The notes under the pieces were generated by a model. That model was not told the DNA's origin and did not search any database. It saw nothing but the letters and a program-made list of their open reading frames with translations. This document shows, in pieces, positions 32,417 to 42,022 of a stretch of DNA of 64,000 bases. The DNA is taken from contig CAVTJJ010000004.1 in NCBI GenBank assembly GCA_963735035.1, positions 1,024,001 through 1,088,000 on the forward strand. The letters are read 5' to 3'. The DNA comes from an uncultured candidate division Zixibacteria bacterium. GTDB taxonomy: Bacteria > Zixibacteria > MSB-5A5 > GN15 > FEB-12. Every line of letters begins with the position of its first letter. Positions within the stretch are counted from its first letter, which is position 1. The translations under genes were made by a program, and so were the position numbers.

Positions 32417-33784
32417 ATGGATTTCTTCGAAGAGGAGCAACCCGAACATAAGCGCGCCTCCGTCGCGCCCCTCGCCGACCGCATGCGGCCCCGCTCATTC
32501 GATGAGTTCGTCGGCCAGCAGAAAATTGTCGGCAAAGGCGCCCCGTTGCGCAAAGCGATCGAAGAAGACCGGGTGCCATCGATAATTTTCTGGGGCCCCC
32601 CCGGCACCGGCAAGACCACTCTCGCACACCTGATCGCCGCCCACACCAAAGGGCAGTTCGTGCCGTATTCGGCAGTTACGTCCGGCATCAAAGAAATCAA
32701 GGCGCTCATCAGCAAGTCGGGCGACTACTACAAGATGTCCGGCCGTCGCACCTACGTGCTCGTCGACGAAATCCACCGCTTCAACAAGGCGCAGCAGGAC
32801 GCGTTCCTGCCGTATGTCGAGAAGGGGGACATCGTCCTGATAGGAGCCACCACCGAGAACCCGTCGTTCGAAGTCAACGCGGCGCTCCTCTCACGAATGA
32901 AAGTGTACGTGCTCGACCGTCTCGCGCCCGAAGATATCGCGCATGTCATAACGACCGCGCTCAAAGACGACGAGCGCGGGCTCGGCAAGGCGGGCATCGA
33001 AATCGACGCGGACGCGCTCGAACTAATCTCAGTCGCGGCGGACGGCGATGCACGGCGGGGCCTTTCGTTGCTCGAAGCGGTAGCGTCGTTTGTCGGCAAG
33101 GAGCACAAGATCACGCTCGACGCCGCACGCGAGGTGCATCAGAAGGGGACGTTCGTTTACGACAAAGTGGGGGAAGAGCATTACAACCTAATTTCGGCGT
33201 TGCACAAAACTTTGCGCGACGGCGATCCCGACGCGGCGCTCTACTGGCTGGCGCGGATGCTCGAATCGGGGGAAGACCCGCTCTATGTAGTGCGGCGGTT
33301 GATTCGGTTCGCGACCGAAGATATCGGCCTGGCTGATTCGTACGCGCTGACACTCGCGCTCAACGCCCGCGACACGTACCACTTTCTCGGTTCACCTGAA
33401 GGAGAGTTGGCCATCGCGCAGTTGGTGATCTACATGGCCTGTGCACCGAAATCGAATTCGGCCTATATCGCGTTTGACAAGGCCAAGAAGGACGCCGCCG
33501 AATTTGGTTCGCTGCCGGTCCCGCTGTGGATTCGGAACGCTCCGACCGGGTTGATGAAAGAGCTCGGCTACGGCAAGGGGTACAAATACGCGCACGAATT
33601 CGAGGGGGCGCTGGTCGAGCAGGAGCATTTCCCCGATCAGCTTAAGGGGCGAATCTACTATGAGCCCAAGGGCGTCGGGCGGGAAGACCGGCTGGCGGAG
33701 TATGTTCAGAAGTATCGCGCCTTCCGTCACCAGGCGGAGAAAAACCCCAAGCCGAACCCAAAACCGACCGATAAGACTGAATGA
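32417..33784 (+). CDS. rarA: Replication-associated recombination protein A
   Basis: [50 protein letters not shown]. Confidence 0.96.
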   Translation: MDFFEEEQPEHKRASVAPLADRMRPRSFDEFVGQQKIVGKGAPLRKAIEEDRVPSIIFWGPPGTGKTTLAHLIAAHTKGQFVPYSAVTSGIKEIKALISKSGDYYKMSGRRTYVLVDEIHRFNKAQQDAFLPYVEKGDIVLIGATTENPSFEVNAALLSRMKVYVLDRLAPEDIAHVITTALKDDERGLGKAGIEIDADALELISVAADGDARRGLSLLEAVASFVGKEHKITLDAAREVHQKGTFVYDKVGEEHYNLISALHKTLRDGDPDAALYWLARMLESGEDPLYVVRRLIRFATEDIGLADSYALTLALNARDTYHFLGSPEGELAIAQLVIYMACAPKSNSAYIAFDKAKKDAAEFGSLPVPLWIRNAPTGLMKELGYGKGYKYAHEFEGALVEQEHFPDQLKGRIYYEPKGVGREDRLAEYVQKYRAFRHQAEKNPKPNPKPTDKTE

Positions 33785-33816
33785 ACCGACCATCCGTTCG
33801 AGGGTTTAATAGAATT

Positions 33817-35079
33817 ATGCGCCGATTCCTGCTCAGCCTTGCTGTCTTGCTCGTCCTGCCCTGGTCAACCCGGGCGGCCAGTATACTCATCCCGATGGAT
33901 TCGACTCAGACCAATCATCTCAAGGCGTACGGCGTCGTTTTCAAATCCCTGCAGAAGGGGTACAAGTCGGAATGGCTGCTCAACTATCGCGGGGGATCGT
34001 TTCTGATCGATGAGACCCAGGACGTGCCGAACATGTGTCTGCTGATGGGGGTCTCGTACGAAAGCGCCGATCAGGGCAAGATCGCGGACATCTATCGCAC
34101 GATCGAGGTCGAAAACATGGAGCGGGTGGAACTGGAGAAGGCGCCGTCGATTGCGGTCTATGTCCCGCCGTCGAATCGACCCTGGGACGATGCGGTCACA
34201 CTCGCACTGACTTACGCCGAGATCAAGTACGATGTCATCTGGGACGAGGATATCCTGACCGGCAAACTGAACGATTACGACTGGTTGCATTGCCACCACG
34301 AGGATTTTACCGGGCAGTACGGCAAGTTCTACGGCGCGTTTCGGAACGAGCTCTGGTACCAGGCCGACGTGAAAGCGAACGAGGCGATGGCGGCCAAGAT
34401 GGGGTACACGAAAGTCTCGGAGCTCAAGCGTGACGTAGTTAAGACGATTTACGACTTCGTGCGCCGGGGCGGGTTCCTCTTCTCAATGTGTTCTGCGCCG
34501 GAGACAATGGATATCGCGCTGGCCGCCGACGGAGTTGATATCGTGCCGCGCGAGTTCGACGGCGACCCGGTCGATCCGGGATGCCAGGAGAAACTCGATT
34601 TCAGCAAGACGTTTGCCTTCGAGAATTTCAAGATTAATACCGACCCGCTGGTGTATGCCCGGTCGGATATTGACACCTACCCGGACCGGATTGTCAGATT
34701 TCCGTCCCCTGAGTTGGATTACTTCTTGCTGTTCGAGTTCTCGGCCAAGCTCGATCCGGTGCCAACTATGTTGGTGCAGGATCATGTCAACACGATCAAC
34801 GGCTTCATGGGGCAGGTGACCGGGTTCCGCAAGTCGCTCCTGAAGAAATACGTGACAGTTCTGGCGCAGCCGGAGAATTTCGACGAAGTTCGGTACATCC
34901 ACGGCAATCTCGGTCGCGGGACGTTTACGTTTTTGTCGGGGCACGATCCGGAGGATTACCGTCACATGGTGCACGATCCGCCGACCGACTTGAGTTTGCA
35001 TCCGAATTCGCCGGGGTATCGGTTGATTCTCAACAACGTCTTGTTTCCCGCCGCGAAGAAGAAAGAGCGGAAGACGTAG
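33817..35079 (+). CDS. Conserved exported hypothetical protein of FCB-group bacteria (often labelled asparagine synthetase B; function unverified)
   Basis: Signal peptide; NHLKAYG, WLLNYRGGSF, WLHCHHEDFTGQYGKFY, GHDPEDY, SPGYRLILNNVLFPAA. Confidence 0.7.
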   Translation: MRRFLLSLAVLLVLPWSTRAASILIPMDSTQTNHLKAYGVVFKSLQKGYKSEWLLNYRGGSFLIDETQDVPNMCLLMGVSYESADQGKIADIYRTIEVENMERVELEKAPSIAVYVPPSNRPWDDAVTLALTYAEIKYDVIWDEDILTGKLNDYDWLHCHHEDFTGQYGKFYGAFRNELWYQADVKANEAMAAKMGYTKVSELKRDVVKTIYDFVRRGGFLFSMCSAPETMDIALAADGVDIVPREFDGDPVDPGCQEKLDFSKTFAFENFKINTDPLVYARSDIDTYPDRIVRFPSPELDYFLLFEFSAKLDPVPTMLVQDHVNTINGFMGQVTGFRKSLLKKYVTVLAQPENFDEVRYIHGNLGRGTFTFLSGHDPEDYRHMVHDPPTDLSLHPNSPGYRLILNNVLFPAAKKKERKT

Positions 35080-35108
35080 GGGAGAGGCTCTGCCGGCTTT
35101 GATCTCTT

Positions 35109-36401
35109 CTACAGAAGCAGGTCGAAATGCAGACCAAGAGTCAGGTACAGGCGCTCCACCAGGTTATCCTTTTTCATGTTGTAGAACAGGGACACTTCCG
35201 AGCTGACACCGAACTTGCTGGTCGGAGTAGGCACAAACTGGAGGCCTAATGAAGTCGTCCCGATAGCAGTGCTGCCGCTACGAGCATCCAGGACATAGCG
35301 ATTGGGGATGTCCGCCTCAGAAGTATCTGCAGATGGTGTCAGCACTACGCATTGTGCTTCTTTCTGGCTGTATCCTCTAAGCCCCACACCCAAATCAACA
35401 TACGGACGGAGGCCTATGGACGAACGAAACAGATACCGTCCGCTCACCGAGGCATACCAGTGACGGACATCGAAGGCGGTCGAGAATGAACGCGGATCGA
35501 GTTTCGTCGTGAACGAATATTTGACTGTGTACAGCGTTACCCCGGCCTGGAATTTCTCGCTCAGGCTTCGCCAGACTTGAATTCCTATCGCGAAAGGAAA
35601 ACGGGTTTCCTGCTCGGACAAAGTGACCCGAAGGGTCGACGTGTCGTTGTGGATCGACAGCGGCATCGGTGTGCCGGGCGTCTGGACGGCGAGGTGGGTA
35701 ATGAGCGAGAAGGCATATGATGACTGTACAACCTCGTGTTGCTGCCAGAGATATTTTCGCTGCTCGATCCGCGCCAGGGCCCGGTTAACTTTTCCGCTTA
35801 GCGCATTCAGGGAGTCGGCCAGACCGGGCTCGGTCAGTCGATGTTCCGGATCCCAGGTTATGGAATATAGCTCTTTAGCGGCCCGGTTGAGATCGTTTTG
35901 ATCGAAGGAGCGACTGGCATCCGCCATCAAGCGTCGAGTGTTAGACAAGGTTCGATCAGTGTAGATTATTTTGAGCATGCGCGCAATGCGGAGAAACTTG
36001 GTCGCCTCGACCGAAGGCCCGGACTTAGAGAGCGCTTCGAATTTCGAATAAGCGGCGGCCGCACTTCTCCCGGCGCGGCTTTCGGTATAGAGATGAGCCG
36101 ACTTCCTGCCGTCTTCGGCTATAAGAGATAGAGCCGCAGGCTGTGCTTGGCCGGCCTGGGCAACGTACTGGACCAGGTCATTGAAGAGCACCCGGTACTT
36201 TCCGAGTTCCTTCAGTTGTAGGGAATCGGGAGGGTTGCTGGTGAATTCAACTTCAGTACTCTTCAAAATAGAATCAACTTGTTCCAACCTACCCAGAACA
36301 AGCAGCGAGTCAGCGGTCCGAAAGTCGGGGGATTGTCCCAGGGCTATGACTGGAGAAGACATCGCAACGCCGAGAACGAATGAGACCGTGATGATCTTCA
36401 T
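35109..36401 (-). CDS. Exported protein with a helical N-terminus and C-terminal outer-membrane beta-barrel
   Basis: AGGAG RBS, signal peptide, amphipathic strands (RPYVDLGVG, YLTLGLHF); opposite strand to its neighbours. Confidence 0.6.
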   Translation of the reverse strand: MKIITVSFVLGVAMSSPVIALGQSPDFRTADSLLVLGRLEQVDSILKSTEVEFTSNPPDSLQLKELGKYRVLFNDLVQYVAQAGQAQPAALSLIAEDGRKSAHLYTESRAGRSAAAAYSKFEALSKSGPSVEATKFLRIARMLKIIYTDRTLSNTRRLMADASRSFDQNDLNRAAKELYSITWDPEHRLTEPGLADSLNALSGKVNRALARIEQRKYLWQQHEVVQSSYAFSLITHLAVQTPGTPMPLSIHNDTSTLRVTLSEQETRFPFAIGIQVWRSLSEKFQAGVTLYTVKYSFTTKLDPRSFSTAFDVRHWYASVSGRYLFRSSIGLRPYVDLGVGLRGYSQKEAQCVVLTPSADTSEADIPNRYVLDARSGSTAIGTTSLGLQFVPTPTSKFGVSSEVSLFYNMKKDNLVERLYLTLGLHFDLLL

Positions 36402-36601
36402 GAGAGTCTCCTGTACTGATTGTCGATTTTCTTCCCGTAGCACCATGCCGTAAAGTCGATGGAAGAAATCAACCACTTGTTGAACAGAATCCTTAGCTAT
36501 ATTATTCGGATCAATGCTTCGGATCAAGTGAAAATCTTGGTTTCGGGATTTTCTATCGTTAGTGCAGGTTTAGTCGTGCGCAAATCGGGCCGTATTTATT
36601 T

Positions 36602-36630
36602 TTGACAACGGCCGGTGTGTCGCGTACCTT
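36602..36630 (+). promoter_or_regulatory. Sigma70-like promoter, probably leaderless ruvX
   Basis: TTGACA-17nt-TACCTT, with ATG 7 nt downstream. Confidence 0.6.
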
Positions 36631-36637
36631 TTCGCGC

Positions 36638-37063
36638 ATGGCCGAAAGCACACGTACATTTCTCGCCATCGACTACGGCGTCCGCCGGATCGGGTTGGCC
36701 AAGAGCGATCCGTCGGGGATCATCGCCACGGCGCTCGAAACGCTGCAGGTTAAATCGGACGACGAAGCGATTGGCAAGCTCAAACGTACAATATCCGAGA
36801 TACAACCGTCGGCGCTCGTAATCGGATATCCGGTCAACGCCAACGGGACGATGGGTGAGGCCTGTCGGAAAGTCGATGCGTTTGTGCTTCGGCTGACGAA
36901 AATATTCGATGGGCCGATTCACAAAGTGGACGAGTATGGGACGTCCGAGGAAGCCGCTGATGTTGTCCACGCCCACGGCATGAAGATCGGCAAGAAGAAG
37001 GCCCGGATCGACCGTCTTGCCGCGGTCATTATTCTTCGGAGGTTTCTCGATGAGCAGCAGTGA
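36638..37063 (+). CDS. ruvX: Putative pre-16S rRNA nuclease / Holliday junction resolvase-like YqgF
   Basis: LAIDYGVRRIGLAKSD, VIGYP, VDEYGTS, IDRLAAVIIL. Confidence 0.93.
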   Translation: MAESTRTFLAIDYGVRRIGLAKSDPSGIIATALETLQVKSDDEAIGKLKRTISEIQPSALVIGYPVNANGTMGEACRKVDAFVLRLTKIFDGPIHKVDEYGTSEEAADVVHAHGMKIGKKKARIDRLAAVIILRRFLDEQQ

Positions 37064-37208
37064 TACCGGAATGCGAGTGCGCCTGTGGGAATATCCGGTC
37101 TGGCTGTTGGTCACAGTTCCGCTGTTGTTAATTGGCATTGTGTTGTGGATATTTGGGCGATTGTTTGGTTTAGTAAGCATGATTGGAAAGCGCCGTACTG
37201 ATGGTTAG
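37050..37208 (+). CDS. Small membrane protein
   Basis: Hydrophobic 52-aa ORF overlapping the ruvX end and mltG start, filling the gap between them. Confidence 0.45.
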   Translation: MSSSDTGMRVRLWEYPVWLLVTVPLLLIGIVLWIFGRLFGLVSMIGKRRTDG

Positions 37209-38184
37209 GGCTGTCTTCATAACGATCGTTCTCTTGGTCTTGATCGCTGCGGTCTGGGGCTATGTGTCGTACGTTACGACCGTCGATCTGGGTGATCGGG
37301 TTGTCTCGGTCATTATCGCTCCCGGCGACAGTTTCGAGAAGATTGCTTCCTACCTGGTCGATAGTGGAGTGGTCCGTTCAGGGGTCGTGCTAAGGTACGT
37401 GGCACAACGGCGCGGACTCGATCGGAAACTCATCCCCGGTCGGTACGATTTCATGGGGAAGAACTCCTGCCGCTCAGTGCTCGGCAAGCTGGAGCGCGGT
37501 GACGTGGTCACCATTCGAGTAACCATCTACGAGGGCGCCCCGATCTGGAAAGTGGCGTCGATTTTGTCACGTCGGATGTCGGTTGACTCGGCCGAAGTCG
37601 TTCGCCTCAATCGCGATTCGGCCTGGCTGGCCGAACTGGGCGTGCCTTCACTCGAAGGGTATCTCTTTCCCGAAACGTATTTCTTTCTCTGGGGGACGAG
37701 TATCCACGGCATGCTCAGGACCATGGTCGAGATGTACCACACCAAGACCGATACGATATGGCCGCCGACACTTCCCGATGGCCTCACTCGGCAGGATGTG
37801 ATCGTGCTGGCGTCGATAGTTGAGTCCGAAGCGCTTCTTGACGCCGAGAAACCGCAGATAGCGTCTGTCTATCATAACCGGATCAGAGAGAAGATGAAAC
37901 TGGATGCCGATCCGACTATCATCTATGCGCTCGGTGGGCTGGCCCGTCCCCTTACCAAACGAGATCTCGAAATCGAATCGCCCTACAATACTTACCGAAG
38001 GCGCGGCCTTCCGCCCACACCAATCAATTCACCCGGACTGTCCGCCATTCGCGCGGCACTGAATCCGGGCCTGACAGATTATTTCTTCTTCGTGGCTGAC
38101 GGGAGCGGTGGTCATCGGTTCTCTCGCACCAACGACGAGCACAATCGGGTACGTCAGGAGCTACGACGGGCTTTGCGAAAGTGA
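37201..38184 (+). CDS. mltG: Endolytic transglycosylase
   Basis: LEGYLFPETY, LASIVESE, LDADPT, SPYNTY, GLPPTPINSPG. Confidence 0.94.
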   Translation: MVRAVFITIVLLVLIAAVWGYVSYVTTVDLGDRVVSVIIAPGDSFEKIASYLVDSGVVRSGVVLRYVAQRRGLDRKLIPGRYDFMGKNSCRSVLGKLERGDVVTIRVTIYEGAPIWKVASILSRRMSVDSAEVVRLNRDSAWLAELGVPSLEGYLFPETYFFLWGTSIHGMLRTMVEMYHTKTDTIWPPTLPDGLTRQDVIVLASIVESEALLDAEKPQIASVYHNRIREKMKLDADPTIIYALGGLARPLTKRDLEIESPYNTYRRRGLPPTPINSPGLSAIRAALNPGLTDYFFFVADGSGGHRFSRTNDEHNRVRQELRRALRK

Positions 38185-38186
38185 CC

Positions 38187-38262
38187 GTAGGGCAGAATCC
38201 GCCGCCGTTTCGGTGGCGTGATTCTGCCGACACCAAGACATGCTGAGCTTGTCGAAGCATGG
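38187..38262. repeat. REP-like palindromes between convergent genes
   Basis: gtagggcagaatc...gattctgcc and catgctgagcttgtcgaagcatg. Confidence 0.7.
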
Positions 38263-38336
38263 CAGAACCGCTCACCCGCCGTGGTGGGCGCAAGACCTAA
38301 CGCAACGACGTTCGTGCGTTTCAGCCCCACATTTTT

Positions 38337-38888
38337 TCAGATAGGAGAGTGTTCTGTTTGCCGGCGACCGATTACCGCCGCTAATTGATCGAACGCTGCG
38401 TCGAGCTGACCTGATTCAACAGTTGCGAACGCTTCAGGAACGTCGGAACTATATCCCAACATGCCTACAAGCTGACCGTCGTGCTTCAGCGGCCGAAGCA
38501 TGAATGAAACCGTGTCGTCATCGAACAAGAGCCGGCGCTCGATCGAGTTGCCGTCGAAGAATTGGGTGATGCTTTCGGAGTAGAGTTGGCCGTGCTCGGC
38601 AACTTTCTCGAAAAACGAAGGAGTTTGCGGGAGTCGGAGTGATAGAGTCTTGTGGGTGCCGTCGTTCTTCCAACTGGCGATGGCCAGGAATCGTGTCCGG
38701 TCACCTTCGCGCAAGGCCAGAAATCCTTTGCGGATTTCCAGGAAACGTTCCAACAGACGGGAAAATTGCACGAAAGCGTTCCCCGGATCAGCCGCGCCCT
38801 CGAGAGATTGGCCTAGTTCCGAGAGCACTCGCACGGCGGGATCGTTATTGGCGTTCCTCGCCTGCTCGCTATGCTTCCACCGGTTCAT
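38337..38888 (-). CDS. Stand-alone GAF-like domain protein
   Basis: AGGAGG RBS; SFMLRPLKHDGQLVGMLGY...AF C-terminal GAF pattern. Confidence 0.6.
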   Translation of the reverse strand: MNRWKHSEQARNANNDPAVRVLSELGQSLEGAADPGNAFVQFSRLLERFLEIRKGFLALREGDRTRFLAIASWKNDGTHKTLSLRLPQTPSFFEKVAEHGQLYSESITQFFDGNSIERRLLFDDDTVSFMLRPLKHDGQLVGMLGYSSDVPEAFATVESGQLDAAFDQLAAVIGRRQTEHSPI

Positions 38889-40311
38889 CGACCTCCTGCA
38901 TAGGCGATCCATCCGGCTGCCGGTTGAGATCGTACCTCTTGATCTTGCGCCAAAGAGTCGTGCGACCGATTCCGAGGTCGCTGGCCGTTCTGGTATAGTT
39001 CCAGTCGTTTTCGTTCAGAGCCTGAACGATCAATTGACGCTGATTATTGTCGAGCAGATTCCCCTTCAGTCGGAGGGTGGTGCGAGTCGGGCCGATCGGT
39101 TGTACCAGATGATTGTTATCTGTGGCCACGAACATTATATCCGTCGCCTCGAGATGGTTCGACGGACAAAGCGCCGCAGCTCTCTTGAGGGTGTTTTCCA
39201 ATTCCCTGATGTTACCCGGCCAGGTGTGGGCGAGCAGTTTGTCCACCGCGTCCCGACCAATAGTCAGGCTGGGGCGGCCGATTTCGGAAGCGATCCGACG
39301 GAGGAAATAATCGGTCAATATTTCGACATCCTCGGCTCTCTCTTTCAAGGTAGGCAGGTAGAGCGGGATGACATTCAGCCGGTAGTAAAGGTCTTCGCGA
39401 AATTTCCCTTCGGCCACCATGCTGCCCAGGTCGCGGTTGGTGGCGGCCACGATACGGACCTCGACTTTGCGGGAGGTTGAAGCGCCCACGCGTCGAATCA
39501 CCGAATCCTGAATGAAGCGCAGCAGTTTGACCTGAATGCCGGGCGGAATATTGCTCACTTCGTCAAGGAATAACGTGCCGGTGTCGGCTTCTTCAAACAA
39601 GCCGGCCCGGTTCTGAGAGGCCGACGTAAATGATCCCTTCGTATGTCCAAAGAGCTCGGACTCCATCAGAGCTTCCGGGATTGCGCTGCAGTCGACTGCG
39701 ACAAACGGCTTGTGACGACGATTGGAGTGATGGTGGATGGCTCGGGCGAAAAGCTCCTTGCCGGTACCGGATGCGCCTGTGATCAGGACCGTGATGTCGG
39801 TGGGGGCGATCCGACGCGCGGTTTCTTTTATCTGCGCCAGTTGCTTGGATATCCCCACGATATTGTCGAATCCGTAGTTCATGGCGACACGCTGCCGAAG
39901 AGAGACGATTTCCTGTTTGAGCTGTCGGCGTTCGAGCGCTTTGGAAACTCGAAGGAGGAACTCGTCGTTGCTGAAAGGCTTCGTCACGTAATCGAACGCG
40001 CCCGCTTTCATAGCGGCCACCGAACTTTCGATCGTGCCGTAACCGGTCAGCAGAATAGCCTCGGTGTCGGGGTGTCTTTCTTTTACAAGGCGGATAAGGT
40101 CGATGCCGTCTTCGTCACCCAGTCTGAGATCGACTATGACCAGATCGACCGATTGTTCTCCGAGCAACTGTGCGGCCTGACGGATGTTGTCCGCGTCCAG
40201 TACCCGGTAATGCACGCGGCGCAACAAGACCGTCATGGTGCTGCGCACAGCCGGGTCGTCGTCTACGATCAGTATGGTGCCTTCGGCCTTGTTGTTGACA
40301 ATTTCAGACAT
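38869..40311 (-). CDS. Sigma54-dependent (NtrC/AtoC-type) response regulator
   Basis: Receiver VDDD..VDLRL..KPF; GASGTGKE; ESELFGH-x-KGSFTSA; FREDLYYRLNV; WPGNIREL; Fis HTH. Confidence 0.93.
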   Translation of the reverse strand: MSEIVNNKAEGTILIVDDDPAVRSTMTVLLRRVHYRVLDADNIRQAAQLLGEQSVDLVIVDLRLGDEDGIDLIRLVKERHPDTEAILLTGYGTIESSVAAMKAGAFDYVTKPFSNDEFLLRVSKALERRQLKQEIVSLRQRVAMNYGFDNIVGISKQLAQIKETARRIAPTDITVLITGASGTGKELFARAIHHHSNRRHKPFVAVDCSAIPEALMESELFGHTKGSFTSASQNRAGLFEEADTGTLFLDEVSNIPPGIQVKLLRFIQDSVIRRVGASTSRKVEVRIVAATNRDLGSMVAEGKFREDLYYRLNVIPLYLPTLKERAEDVEILTDYFLRRIASEIGRPSLTIGRDAVDKLLAHTWPGNIRELENTLKRAAALCPSNHLEATDIMFVATDNNHLVQPIGPTRTTLRLKGNLLDNNQRQLIVQALNENDWNYTRTASDLGIGRTTLWRKIKRYDLNRQPDGSPMQEVDEPVEA

Positions 40312-41710
40312 GAGTCGGTTTTCCTTCGACAGGGATGCTTATGGTTGTAGTCAGGTTGCCGTCTTCCAGGGCCTCATACGAGCAGGCGAATCCGAGTCGA
40401 TCGGCCAGCCGGGTCGCATATGTTTTCCACTGAGAGTGAAACTTGGTGGTCTGGGAGCCGTCGCCCAGAGTTGCGACGTCCACTACGATGTTGTCGTCTT
40501 CCTGACGCAATCTTATGCGACTTGAGGCGCCGATGCCCTGAACGGTGTGCGAACGCAATACCGCCTCTGCCAGCGTGGACAAGGAAGATCCGGGAGCGGC
40601 CAAGGTAGTCTGTTCGGTCATTTCGTCGGGAACGATAGTAATGGGTCGGTTCAAGCGAGATCGGGCCAGCTTTACGGCGCCACTGATCTCACCGACCAGC
40701 GAGACATGTCGCCGGGCAGGGCGTTGGCCGCCGGCGAGCAGATCGAGACCGTCAACCAATCGATCCAGCTCACCCGTTTCGGATGAGATTATCTCAGCGA
40801 GTTTGCGCCTGTCTGAAGCCGCGTCTTTGCCCGTCAGCCCTTCCAATTGACTGGAAGCGGTGGTGATTACCGAGATCTTGTTTCGCATGGCATGAACAAA
40901 GAATTCTGAGAAGAAGTTGTCGCCGGCTTCGCGGGCCTGGCGGCGTCGCTCCGGAAGCAAGGTCATCACGGCCAGATGGGTCTCACCTATGGTGACATTT
41001 TCCAGATGCAGACCGCGGGTATTCACAATTTGGTGCAACTCGTCGGAAAGGGTCGAGAATTCCTTATCGACCACGGTTGTGTTGTCTCCGCCCAGCAGTC
41101 GGCACAACTGTTCGTCGGCAGCTACGACTCGGCCGGAGGCGCGGTTTACCACCAGATACGGATTCCCTTGATTCAAATGGGAGTGCAGTTCCGTGAATGT
41201 CCGAGCGGCCGATTTGAGGGCGGTCCGCCATTCCGCTATTTGTGATTCGAACCCTGTAACTCGCACTGAACGATCCCACTGGCGATCAGGTTCGGCCAGC
41301 CCCAGCATCAGTTCGCAGCCGCCGATCGTGCCGATTCGAGCCGTGTGCATCTCACACGGAACGGTATCCGGTCCACCGAATCGAACCCTATGTGTGAACA
41401 CTGCGTCGGGATGATGCAGAATCGAGGGGGCGAAATCCGGGACACACAACGCCTCAGTCTCGGTAGGAAACAGCATGTGATCGTCAGCCATGAGCAGGAT
41501 TCGGCCAGGAGCCAACCACCTCAGAAAGCGCTGGTCGCTCTCAGTCAGCCAGTCACGGAAATGCAGACCCAGCAACAGAGTCTCCAGGGCAGGTCGTGAA
41601 TCTGTGTGGACCGAGAATTCAGGATTTGTCACACAGATTGTGTGGGGCACGTCCGCCTGAGTCGGTTCAGTATGAAACCTGGGATGTGGCACGAAGGGCT
41701 CCTGTTTCAA
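40304..41710 (-). CDS. Histidine-kinase-like protein with a degenerate ATPase domain
   Basis: H-box-like VHAMRNKIS, helix ETGELDRLVDGLDLL, PAS-like segment; N and G boxes not recognisable. Confidence 0.55.
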   Translation of the reverse strand: MKQEPFVPHPRFHTEPTQADVPHTICVTNPEFSVHTDSRPALETLLLGLHFRDWLTESDQRFLRWLAPGRILLMADDHMLFPTETEALCVPDFAPSILHHPDAVFTHRVRFGGPDTVPCEMHTARIGTIGGCELMLGLAEPDRQWDRSVRVTGFESQIAEWRTALKSAARTFTELHSHLNQGNPYLVVNRASGRVVAADEQLCRLLGGDNTTVVDKEFSTLSDELHQIVNTRGLHLENVTIGETHLAVMTLLPERRRQAREAGDNFFSEFFVHAMRNKISVITTASSQLEGLTGKDAASDRRKLAEIISSETGELDRLVDGLDLLAGGQRPARRHVSLVGEISGAVKLARSRLNRPITIVPDEMTEQTTLAAPGSSLSTLAEAVLRSHTVQGIGASSRIRLRQEDDNIVVDVATLGDGSQTTKFHSQWKTYATRLADRLGFACSYEALEDGNLTTTISIPVEGKPTHV

Positions 41711-41807
41711 TATGGGACATCATGTCAATCTTATCGGTTTCGATTCAGAACACTTTAGGCCACACCCGAGGAATGTGGTGAAACTGACCCGCGGATTCTT
41801 TTCAACC

Positions 41808-41836
41808 TTGACGCCGCCCACGCGCCGGCGTATCTT
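41808..41836 (+). promoter_or_regulatory. Sigma70-like promoter of kdsB-pyrG
   Basis: TTGACG-17nt-TATCTT. Confidence 0.55.
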
Positions 41837-42022
41837 GGTCAATGCCGCTAGGTTTTCTAAATTCTGTCGCTGCTTGTGAGCGGATTTCCGACCATCGGGA
41901 GGTCACATTGACCACTCTTGCCGTCAGTGAGTCGTACGGCACCTTCTCGTATCTCTCGGCTACACAGATAGTTACGAGGCGATTTCGATTTAGCCTGTCG
42001 GCCGTTCTTGAAGGGATTCGGA

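Noticed and set aside
27598..32481. Classical integron cassette array
   Set aside because: No tyrosine recombinase in the window; the repeats lack recognisable RYYYAAC...GTTRRRY attC ends; cargo genes have mixed orientation and their own promoters.
33817..35079. Genuine asparagine synthetase (asnB)
   Set aside because: It has a signal peptide and lacks the N-terminal Cys Ntn domain and SGGLDS motif.
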